A DNA stretch of 64,000 nt from Spirochaetia bacterium. GTDB lineage: Bacteria; Spirochaetota; Spirochaetia; CAKZLE01. Below, in pieces: positions 55,665-64,000 of this stretch (the first letter of the stretch is position 1; every line of letters starts with the position of its first letter). The translations under genes and the position numbers were made by a program. The stretch covers positions 928,001 to 992,000 of the forward strand of contig OY782041.1 in assembly GCA_963677595.1 (NCBI GenBank), read 5' to 3'. The notes under the pieces were generated by a model that was not told the origin of the DNA, ran no database searches, and worked only from the letters and a program-made list of their open reading frames with translations.

Positions 55665-56533
55665 CTGGCAGGCTCGCACTCCGCCTCAGGGAAGATATAG
55701 TCCCTGACCACCGACCGTTCGACCGTTATTTCCTGCGAGACCTCGATAAACGTCTCTATATCGATGATCCTAAAGAAGACGCTCAAGCTGTCATGGAACT
55801 CATTGATCAGCTCCGACCGGATGGACCAGGTCTTTCCGTCTGCCCTCCTCCACCAGTCTGCCGGGTACCCGGCCGTGATGAAGAACGCCGGCTTCATCTC
55901 CATCCTGACCTTTGCAAGGACCTGCGCCCATTCCAGGACAGCATCGTACCGCTTCAAGCCGGTCTCCTCTTCATGGATGAACGGCGGCAGGTGGAGCGCG
56001 TTCCTGCGCGCTGCCTCCTCCTGAAGCCGTTCGACCTCAGGGTATGGTGTGGCAGGGCCTATCTTCTCCTCGTCGAAGATCCCGGAGAGGATAGTGATGA
56101 TCCTCTTCGCCTTGCCGGTATACTCCCTGCGTTTCCGGTCGATCGATGACCGGAAGTCCTCAAGCCCGTGCTGGAGCACATCGAGACATTCATACAGGTC
56201 CCCGATGGCAGGGTTCCCCGTCTCCCTGAGCTGCCCGAGAAGAAGCTCCACCTGGCCGTCGAAGGACTCCCTGAACTCGTAGCACTCGTCGATCTTCTCC
56301 CTGATGATGCACGGGCACCGGTTAAGGTAGGTCTGCGCCGCCTGGTGGGGGACCCACAGCTGGTCCCGGTAGGTATCGAGGAGGGTGAGGACCATGTCCA
56401 TCTCCCCGGCTTTCCTGCTGTAGAGAGAAAGGAAGAAACTGGAATCGAGGATGAAGGTACTCTCCTTCCATACCTCGAACATCTCGCTTCGTGTCGGTTC
56501 GAAACTTCCGGGAAAGATCTGTCTCATACGCAT
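55661..56533 (-). CDS. PIN-like domain protein (DUF4935 type), possibly degenerate
   Basis: WKESTFILDSS..LSLY, LWVPHQ, PPF, DWW, RSELINEF. Confidence 0.75.
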   Translation of the reverse strand: MRMRQIFPGSFEPTRSEMFEVWKESTFILDSSFFLSLYSRKAGEMDMVLTLLDTYRDQLWVPHQAAQTYLNRCPCIIREKIDECYEFRESFDGQVELLLGQLRETGNPAIGDLYECLDVLQHGLEDFRSSIDRKRREYTGKAKRIITILSGIFDEEKIGPATPYPEVERLQEEAARRNALHLPPFIHEEETGLKRYDAVLEWAQVLAKVRMEMKPAFFITAGYPADWWRRADGKTWSIRSELINEFHDSLSVFFRIIDIETFIEVSQEITVERSVVRDYIFPEAECEPAS

Positions 56534-56718
56534 GCCTCACATTGATAGTATTCCACGATAAAGAGCCATACTACTGACTCATCGCGGAGAAAACAACTAG
56601 CTAGGCATATAATTCCGGCTTGCCCGGGGAGTTCCCGCTCCAGCCGATCACCCTGTACAGAAGTGCCATGCCGCCGTATACTGAGAATGTACCAGGATCA
56701 CCCCGGGAGGTATGAAAC

Positions 56719-59457
56719 GTGAAACGGGAACGACTCCTCACCAGATGGGCTGCATGGTCAGCGGTCTCTCACAGTAAGGCACTGCTGATCGGCCTGACCA
56801 TCACCATCCTGCTCTCTCTCGGCTTCCTCCGTCTCGAGATGGAGATGACCTTCTACTCCATGATGCCCAGGAGCTCGGAACAGGTCCAGGACTTCGAGAC
56901 GATCACCGAGGATTTCCCCTTCGCATCTCAGGTCGTCGTGGTCGTCGGCACCGACGGGAAGGCGACGACCGACCAGGTGAAGCAGACCATCGACGCCCTG
57001 CAGGAGGAGTTCTCGGACCCCGGCTACAGCTATGCGATCGCCGGGGTCTACAGCTCCCTCGACCGGGATTTCCTCTCCGACCACGGGCTCATGTTCATGA
57101 AGCCCGATGATATAGCGAAGTTCCGTGAGACCTACACAGACTTCAACCTCACTCCGCTGGTCAGAAGCATCAATGACGAGCTCGAGCGGGAGTACTCAGG
57201 GGACTCGGAGAACCTCGAGGATCACGAGCTTGCCGCCGTCTCCCAGTTCAAGGCCCTGAGCCACCTGCTCGAGCTCATCGACGGTGCAGCGGGTGGGGAG
57301 GAGACCGACTCCATGGAGGTTACCCGCACGATCGAGGACTACCTCCTCGGGGAGCAGTACCTGCTAAGCGAAGATGAGCGCATGGGCCTCATGTTCATCA
57401 TGCCGACGATCACGATCAACGACTTCATGGACTACGGCTATATCGTGGAGTTCGAGCAGACTGCCAAGCGGATAGCCGCCGAACACGGGACCACCGCAGG
57501 CCTCACCGGCATGCTCGTCGTGGGGAAGGATGAGATGATGACCTCCGAACAGGGACTTGGTGCCTCTATGACCATCGCCTTCATCCTCATCATCGCGCTG
57601 ATGATCCTGGCCTTCAGGATGAACTCCGCCCCCATCCTGGCAGGGCTCCCCCTCTTAGTCGGCATCATATGGACCACCGGGGCATCCGGGCTGCTCATCG
57701 GGCGGCTCACCATCATGACGGCCATGTACATGGTCGCCCTTCTTGGCCTCGGGATCGACTATGCCATCCACATCTTCGCCACCTATATCCAGGGGCGAGA
57801 CGAGGGGATGACGTGGCTCGACGGAATTACCTATGCCTACCGGACCAGCGTGCCCGGTATCATCACCGGTGCGCTCACCACGGCAGCAGCCTTCTTCGCC
57901 CTGAGCTTCGCGAAGACCGACATCATGCGGGAACTCGGCCTCATCGCCGGGATCGGTATCGTCTGCGAGGCGGCAGCCATGCTCCTGCTCATCCCGCCGC
58001 TGCTCGGTCTCCGTCATGCCAGGCTGGAGAAGCGCGGAAAACCCGACACGATTGGCAGCAGGAAGGTCCGCATCAGCTCGAGCCTGACCGGGAGGGTTGG
58101 CTCCTTCGTGACCCGCAACCCGGGGAAGATCGCAATGGCCTTCCTGTCCGCCGGCATCGTGCTAGCCCTCTTCGCCCCGGGAGTCTCCATCGAGGACAAC
58201 ATCATGAAGATGGAGGCGAAGGGTCTGGAGTCTGTCGAGCTGCAGGACCTCCTTGTAGATGAGTTCGGGATGGCCCCGGACGGGATGTTCCTCCTTTCGG
58301 ACGACCTGCAGGAGATGGAAGAGGTCACCGAGGAACTCAAAGACCTCGAGACGGTTGCCTCCGTCGATTCGATCACCGCATACATGCCTTCTAAAGGTGA
58401 ACAGGCAGCCAGGGCGAAGGAGATCACGGCCTTCCGTGATGTGCTGGCCTCACGACCGGCAGCCGGGGAGACCATCGACAGCTGGGAACTCACCGATGAG
58501 ATCTTCAGGCTCGAGATGAACCTGATAGAACTCGGGGACATGGCCTTCCTTGGGAACATGGAGCGGCTCTCTCCTGTCCTCAACGGGATCACCGGCATCG
58601 ATGATGAGGGGAAGAAATTCAAGGAGACGGTGTTCGACCGGCTTGCAGTCTCGCTGGAGACCGAAGCAGTCCATAAGGACCTCTACCGGCTCCAGGAGCA
58701 AATAGATGCCGGCATGGGCCGGATCCTTGATGACATGGCTGACCCGCAGGAGATCACGGCAGACATGCTCCCGAAGATGGTCACCGACTCCTTCCTCTCC
58801 CGGGACGGGGATTCGTACCTGCTCTCCATCAGCCCGAAGGAGAACCCCTGGGAGGGGGCTAACCGATCCGCCTTCAAGAACCAGCTCGCCACCGTGACTG
58901 ATAAAGCCACCGGGATGATCCTCGTGGCTGACCAGCTCACCTACATGGCTACCGTCGACGGGATCCGCTCCTCGATCATCGCCCTCATCGTCGTCGGGAT
59001 CATCCTCCTGCTCGACTTCAGGAACCTCAAGCTCACCCTCCTCACCTTCGTCCCTCTGCTCCTCTCATTCGGCTCCCTCTTCGGGATCATGGCGCTCACC
59101 GGCATCAGGTTCGATTTCGTGAACATCATCGCGATCCCGCTGCTGATCGGGATCGGCATCGACGATGCGGTCCACATAAACCACCGGTACCGGCTCGAGG
59201 GAACCGGCGGGATGGAGCGGGTCATCACGAAGACCGGCACGGCGGTCCTCCTGACGACCGTCACGACGATCGTAGGGTTCGGCTCCTTCATCCCGTCGAT
59301 CATGCGGGCTATGCGGTCCACGGGCATCGTGCTCTCCTTGGCGATGGCCCTGGCCTTCATCTACTCGATCTTCCTCCACCCTGCCGTGCTGGTGCTCGTC
59401 CATGAGAAGTTCGGGGCCTCCCTGGAACCCTGGGGGAAGAAGGAGGGACAGTCGTGA
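56719..59457 (+). CDS. MMPL/RND family transporter
   Basis: Two repeats with GLGIDYAIH and GIGIDDAVH. Confidence 0.92.
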   Translation: MKRERLLTRWAAWSAVSHSKALLIGLTITILLSLGFLRLEMEMTFYSMMPRSSEQVQDFETITEDFPFASQVVVVVGTDGKATTDQVKQTIDALQEEFSDPGYSYAIAGVYSSLDRDFLSDHGLMFMKPDDIAKFRETYTDFNLTPLVRSINDELEREYSGDSENLEDHELAAVSQFKALSHLLELIDGAAGGEETDSMEVTRTIEDYLLGEQYLLSEDERMGLMFIMPTITINDFMDYGYIVEFEQTAKRIAAEHGTTAGLTGMLVVGKDEMMTSEQGLGASMTIAFILIIALMILAFRMNSAPILAGLPLLVGIIWTTGASGLLIGRLTIMTAMYMVALLGLGIDYAIHIFATYIQGRDEGMTWLDGITYAYRTSVPGIITGALTTAAAFFALSFAKTDIMRELGLIAGIGIVCEAAAMLLLIPPLLGLRHARLEKRGKPDTIGSRKVRISSSLTGRVGSFVTRNPGKIAMAFLSAGIVLALFAPGVSIEDNIMKMEAKGLESVELQDLLVDEFGMAPDGMFLLSDDLQEMEEVTEELKDLETVASVDSITAYMPSKGEQAARAKEITAFRDVLASRPAAGETIDSWELTDEIFRLEMNLIELGDMAFLGNMERLSPVLNGITGIDDEGKKFKETVFDRLAVSLETEAVHKDLYRLQEQIDAGMGRILDDMADPQEITADMLPKMVTDSFLSRDGDSYLLSISPKENPWEGANRSAFKNQLATVTDKATGMILVADQLTYMATVDGIRSSIIALIVVGIILLLDFRNLKLTLLTFVPLLLSFGSLFGIMALTGIRFDFVNIIAIPLLIGIGIDDAVHINHRYRLEGTGGMERVITKTGTAVLLTTVTTIVGFGSFIPSIMRAMRSTGIVLSLAMALAFIYSIFLHPAVLVLVHEKFGASLEPWGKKEGQS

Positions 59458-60209
59458 AGAAGCTCCTGACGATATGCATGCTGGTACTGGCCGTTAGTGT
59501 ACTGACCGCTGAGGATGCCGAATCCATCCTCAGGCAGGCAGATGCTATCTTCACCTTCACCAACATGTACCAGAAGAGCAGCATGGTCATCTACTCGGGC
59601 TCTCAAGCCCAGCCCGAGCAGGTGATGGAGTCCTATTACCTGAAGGAGGACGGGAAGAGCCATTCGCTCATGGTGTTCCTCCAGCCCTCCAGGGTCAGGG
59701 GGACTGCCTACCTCACCATAGGTGATGACCTCTGGGTCCGCTTCGCCTCCACGGGAAGGACCCGCAAGCTCTCCTCCTCTGCCAGGCAGAACTCGGCGAG
59801 CGGAAGCGACTTCTCCTATGACGACATGGGGGAAGGCAGCGACGGGTACGCAGCAGATTACCAGGCTGCTTCAGTCGAGCATGCCGTGATCAAGGGGGAG
59901 GCCTGTTACCGGATCACTCTCACCCCGAACGACCCTGCAGGATCAGCCTATGACAAGGCTGTCTGCTTCATCACCGAGGATACCTACCACTATGTGCGGA
60001 TCGAGCTCTACAGCAGCGGAGCCCATATAAAGACGATGACCCTCGAGGACTACCGGCAGGTATCAGGGAGTTACTACCCCTTCACGATCTCGATGGCCAG
60101 CGAGATCAGGGACTCTAAGACGGTGATCACGACCACCGAGTTCGAGTATGACAGCCCCAAGGTACAGAAGCGTCTCTTCTCGAAGTCTTACCTCGAGAGT
60201 CTGAGATAG
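59454..60209 (+). CDS. LolA-like outer-membrane lipoprotein-sorting protein
   Basis: FLQPSRVRGTAYL..GDDLW, GSDFSYDDM. Confidence 0.88.
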   Translation: MKKLLTICMLVLAVSVLTAEDAESILRQADAIFTFTNMYQKSSMVIYSGSQAQPEQVMESYYLKEDGKSHSLMVFLQPSRVRGTAYLTIGDDLWVRFASTGRTRKLSSSARQNSASGSDFSYDDMGEGSDGYAADYQAASVEHAVIKGEACYRITLTPNDPAGSAYDKAVCFITEDTYHYVRIELYSSGAHIKTMTLEDYRQVSGSYYPFTISMASEIRDSKTVITTTEFEYDSPKVQKRLFSKSYLESLR

Positions 60210-60362
60210 GGGAGCAGGGCAGTGTACCCGAAGGAGGCTGTCCATTTCGGGGAGAATTTCTCAGAACTGTGTTTTCCCTATGGTATCTTGAGTAAGTGAA
60301 AACGCCGGTAGAAACGCCGGTAGAAATGACGATGAAAAGGGCGGACACTGGGAGGTAGGAGA

Positions 60363-61475
60363 ATGAACCCTATGAGGAGAATACTCGTGAGATATCCAAT
60401 ACTGATCATCCTGACCCTGTTTGTCCTCTTCCCACTCACGGCAGGGGATGCATACCTGGGAGGTACGGCATCGACATCGGTAACGGCTCTCTTCTCAGAT
60501 TCAGCTTTCACCTTCGATGATCTATCGTTCACGGCAGCCAGCTCCTTCGAGCTGGAGAGTGAGGGGCTCTCCTACTGGACGACGGTAGAAGCGACCGAAG
60601 ACGGGGTGAGCATCAGCCTCGAGCGTCTCTCCCTCCTGCTCAACCTGACAGACCACCTGCTGCTCACGATCGGCCGGCAGGGACTACTCACCGGCTATGG
60701 CTACGGGTGGAACCCGTCTGACCTCTTTTCCGGTGCCAAGGACCCCACTGACCCGGAAGGGGGTCGCAGGGGGACGGATGCTGCTGCCCTGCTCTATGAC
60801 GACTGGGACTCATTCACAGGCAAAGCGATCATCCTACTCGAGGCAGATCCCACGACGGAAGACATCTCCCCCTCCGATATTTCGATCGGCGGGGAAGCCG
60901 GTCTCCTCCTTCCCGCAGTTGAGCTCAAGCTCACCGCCCTAGCCGACCTTCCCGGAACGGGAGAGGAGTTGGCGCTCTCTGCAGGGGCAGCAGCCTATGC
61001 AGACATCGCGGGGATCGGGATCTACGGGGAGATCAATACCGACCTCGACATCCTCGCAGGCTGCGAGTACTTCTTCGAGAACGGCATGAGCCTGACGGCT
61101 GAGTATCTCTACCACCATGACGGCCTGGATCTTCCGGGCCGCCAGTCCTTCTTCACTGACCTGTACACCGCCCTTCTTGCAGACCCTGCGTATGTACCCG
61201 ACTACCATCCCGGGTATTTCGCCCAGCACTACCTCCTGGCCAGCCTGGCCTACTCGACCTACGACCCCTCACTAGACCTGGTCGCAGCGGCCCTCTACTC
61301 TCCCGACTCCTCTGCCCTCATGCTCACCCCGTCAGCCAGTCTCCATACGGCATGGGGACTTACCATTACAGGCAGTTATGTCGGCCTGGTCAGCCTGCAG
61401 GCTGACCAGTACAGCGAGTTGGGACTCTACCCCTTCGACCATGCGGTGCAGGTCGGCTGTTCCTATGCCTACTAA
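60363..61475 (+). CDS. Exported, probable outer-membrane beta-barrel protein
   Basis: Signal peptide; IGRQGLLTGYGYGWNPSD motif like the 43613 gene; ends YAY. Confidence 0.72.
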   Translation: MNPMRRILVRYPILIILTLFVLFPLTAGDAYLGGTASTSVTALFSDSAFTFDDLSFTAASSFELESEGLSYWTTVEATEDGVSISLERLSLLLNLTDHLLLTIGRQGLLTGYGYGWNPSDLFSGAKDPTDPEGGRRGTDAAALLYDDWDSFTGKAIILLEADPTTEDISPSDISIGGEAGLLLPAVELKLTALADLPGTGEELALSAGAAAYADIAGIGIYGEINTDLDILAGCEYFFENGMSLTAEYLYHHDGLDLPGRQSFFTDLYTALLADPAYVPDYHPGYFAQHYLLASLAYSTYDPSLDLVAAALYSPDSSALMLTPSASLHTAWGLTITGSYVGLVSLQADQYSELGLYPFDHAVQVGCSYAY

Positions 61476-61511
61476 AAAAATCAAGGCCCTGATCGTGTAT
61501 GACCAGGGCCT
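61474..61511 (-). terminator. Intrinsic terminator
   Basis: aggccctg...cagggcct stem with U7 on minus strand. Confidence 0.7.
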
Positions 61512-61533
61512 CTAGATTGAACAGGCAAGCTGC

Positions 61534-61974
61534 TTATGCGAATCTGAACTTCGAGCTGTAGTAGTCGTATGCCTTATCTGCTTCCTTCATGATGTATGAA
61601 GTTACCGGGTTCTTACCTTCCTTGTAGGTATAGTCCCTGACTGCAACGTCAGCAAAGACATCTGCATCCTCTTTCATCAACTCGAACCAGTGCTCAGCCA
61701 TCTCGAGGTAGAGGTCTGACTTGTTCTTTCCCCGGAACATGAGGCCGACTCTCCAGGAGTTCATCTCATGCTTGAGTGGGATATAGATGTTCTCATGGTA
61801 GCAGAAGACCCCATCGAAGAATGAGAGCTTTGTCCCGAGCTTTCCTTCGAGGTCTGTAATGTATGATTCTATATGATCTAAGAGAGTATTCCATTTCTCA
61901 TCACTGCTCATGACCAAACCGACGTTTCCGAAAGCGATCTCTACATGGTTCCTTTTGTCAGTCATCTGTGACAT
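61534..61974 (-). CDS. Hypothetical protein (146 aa)
   Basis: Strong RBS AAGGAG, own terminator, AT-rich upstream region. Confidence 0.75.
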   Translation of the reverse strand: MSQMTDKRNHVEIAFGNVGLVMSSDEKWNTLLDHIESYITDLEGKLGTKLSFFDGVFCYHENIYIPLKHEMNSWRVGLMFRGKNKSDLYLEMAEHWFELMKEDADVFADVAVRDYTYKEGKNPVTSYIMKEADKAYDYYSSKFRFA

Positions 61975-62328
61975 ATGCCACTCCTTATAATTGGTATTTC
62001 TTTATCGATAACATACTGAATCTTACAAAAATAATCAATAGTTTTTTAAAACTTTTCCTTGACAAATATCTTTTTTACCCCTTGTAGTGTTATTGCTGTA
62101 TGTATTCTGTGTTTTATATGGTTTTTCTTGTGAATATTCTCAGAAAAATGAGTTCTTATGAAAAATATTACTTTTTTTACTTCTCAGCCCCATACGTTCC
62201 CGGCACGTCCTGTCAGTACGTTCCGGCCTATGTCCTTCACTTCCAGAGAAAAAGTCACGCTGGTATATACGGCTGTGCAGGGATCCTGTGCTATACTGGA
62301 TTATGTTAATACAACCATGAGATGAGGT

Positions 62329-63606
62329 ATGTCTATGAACCCTTCCCTGAATCCGCTGGTAACCTGTATCAAGGAGTCAGCTACGCTGGCCATCAACCTT
62401 CGAGCACGTGAGCTGCGAGCCCAGGGAAAGGAGATCTCCCACTTCGGGTTCGGCCAGGCGGCCTTCCCCGTTCCCGACATACTCCAGGAGGCACTTCGCA
62501 GCAATGCTGACAGCAACATGTACCTGCCCACCCAGGGGATGGTCGAGCTGCGGGAAGCAGTCTCCGACTATTACCACAAGCAGTTCGGCCTGGACTTCCC
62601 CGCAAGCCAGATCTGCGTGGGACCGGGAAGCAAGGAGCTGATCTTCCAGACCCTCTACCTCGTGGAGGGTGCCCTCCTCATCCCCGCCCCGAGCTGGGTC
62701 AGTTACGGACCGCAGGCATCACTTCGCGGGAAGGAGGTCTTCCCCATCGAGACCGAGCGGGAGAACAGCTACAAGCTCACCCCCGACGAACTGGATAGGG
62801 CATGCCACTCCCTCGGCCAGCAGCAGAAGATGCTGATCCTCAACAACCCGAACAACCCCACCGGGGCGGTCTACACCCAGAGGGAGGTCGATGCACTGGC
62901 CGAGATCTGCAGGGCCTACCAGGTGATCGTCATCTCTGACGAGATCTATGCCGGGATCGATTTCACCGGCCGGCCCCAGGCCAGCATGGCGAAGCCCTAT
63001 CCTGAAGGGACAATCGTGAGCGGCGGGCTCTCCAAGCTGTTCGCCGCCGGCGGCTACCGCCTGGGCGTGATGCTCTTTCCCGAGAGCCTCGCCAACCTGA
63101 TGGCAGCGATCAAGGCGATCATCAGCGAGACCTTCAGCTGCGTGAGCGCCCCGATCCAGTATGCCGGCCTTGCGGCCTATTCCCGGTTCGATGAACTCAA
63201 ACCCTTCGTGGAACGTACCCGGGACATCTACCGCTTCGCCTCCACCTACTTATGGGACCGATTCATCGACATGGGGCTCAACTGCCCGAGACCTGAGGGG
63301 GCATTCTACCTCTTCCCCGATTTTGACAACTTCAAGTTCAAGCTGAGGAAGCACGGTCTCTATACCGGGCTGTCGCTCTCGAAGCGGGTACTCGATGAGG
63401 CAGGCGTCGCCCTGCTGCCCGGATCAGACTTCTACTTCATGGCCACCAATCTCGGGGCAAGGATCGCATCTGTCGATTTCGACGGTGCCAAGGTCTATGA
63501 GGCCTGGCCAGACAGGCCGGACGACCATGAGCAGGTAGTGGAAGAACTTTTCCCCAACCTGAAGATGGGGTGTGACAGGCTCGCCGGCTTCCTCAACCAT
63601 CTGTAG
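62329..63606 (+). CDS. Class I/II PLP-dependent aminotransferase (aspartate aminotransferase-like)
   Basis: NNPNNPTG, SDEIY, GLSK..AGGYRLG. Confidence 0.93.
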   Translation: MSMNPSLNPLVTCIKESATLAINLRARELRAQGKEISHFGFGQAAFPVPDILQEALRSNADSNMYLPTQGMVELREAVSDYYHKQFGLDFPASQICVGPGSKELIFQTLYLVEGALLIPAPSWVSYGPQASLRGKEVFPIETERENSYKLTPDELDRACHSLGQQQKMLILNNPNNPTGAVYTQREVDALAEICRAYQVIVISDEIYAGIDFTGRPQASMAKPYPEGTIVSGGLSKLFAAGGYRLGVMLFPESLANLMAAIKAIISETFSCVSAPIQYAGLAAYSRFDELKPFVERTRDIYRFASTYLWDRFIDMGLNCPRPEGAFYLFPDFDNFKFKLRKHGLYTGLSLSKRVLDEAGVALLPGSDFYFMATNLGARIASVDFDGAKVYEAWPDRPDDHEQVVEELFPNLKMGCDRLAGFLNHL

Positions 63607-63751
63607 GAGCAGGACCGAGGTAATAATGCCAGGTTGTCTTCGGATGGTGGCAGCAGCCCCATCCCGTCTCCCAGTAATGGATGGCAATCTGCCAAGGTTC
63701 ATATTCCCAATTAGCAGGCTATGAAGATGTTGGGAAACATCAGTGCATATA

Positions 63752-63891
63752 CAGTTGGTAATATAACCACCAGTTGGTAATATAACCAACACCTCTATGC
63801 CAAATGTTTGTTATTTGTTTTATATACAAGGAGTTATTATCGGTGGTAATATAACCGCCTGTTTGTTATATAACCAACAGCTGTTTGTTAT
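63752..63891. repeat. Array of near-palindromic GTTGGT(A/T)ATATAACCA repeats
   Basis: Copies at 63752, 63771, 63841, 63859 and a partial copy at 63881. Confidence 0.8.
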
Positions 63892-64000
63892 CTGGCCTTG
63901 CAGATAGTATTGGGACCCTTTCTGGCAGCAGCGTGTTCTTAGCAGAATGTTACTATTTTGTAATGACATATATTGACTTTTGCGTTACACATGCAAATCC

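Noticed and set aside
60299-60325. Tandem 12-bp duplication aaacgccggtag x2
   Set aside because: Only two copies; most simply a slippage duplication
63752-63891. Possible CRISPR array
   Set aside because: Repeats are short and directly adjacent, with no regular spacers and no cas genes

Overview
Bacterial chromosomal window, probably a Sphaerochaeta-like free-living spirochaete (inferred from the 'FANGGQE/FAGAQQE' solute-binding-protein N-termini and the Treponema/Bacteroides-type Fba). From left to right it holds: (i) a GH9 glucosaminidase-like/ABC/MFS sugar operon running off the left edge; (ii) a ~20 kb, mostly AT-rich mosaic sugar-catabolism island (6249-26037); (iii) a nucleic-acid-processing, possibly defence, block; (iv) GC-rich host-like genes. 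The island has no integrase and is bracketed by 500-bp direct repeats whose seven coding differences are all synonymous. It contains a duplicated promoter+SBP module, a captured archaeal-type GAPDH/PGK fragment, IS debris and truncated genes. The nucleic-acid block has an AAA_14 ATPase, a YhaO/YhaN nuclease pair, a HEPN-like UvrD helicase, and a nuclease-SF2 helicase with a PRA-PH/MazG-like partner. That last pair is interrupted by a 1.6-kb cassette encoding a 6-TM LuxR sensor and a small protein with a prenyltransferase-like motif and a ComX-like W-x-D C-terminus, the best candidate here for an undescribed signalling system. The host-like genes include two LolA-like export modules (ABC and MMPL types), a two-component system, two more AAA_14 ATPases, a hemerythrin diguanylate cyclase, an aminotransferase and a terminal array of palindromic repeats. 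No rRNA, tRNA or CRISPR array was seen. All family assignments come from motif recognition by eye, not database searches.
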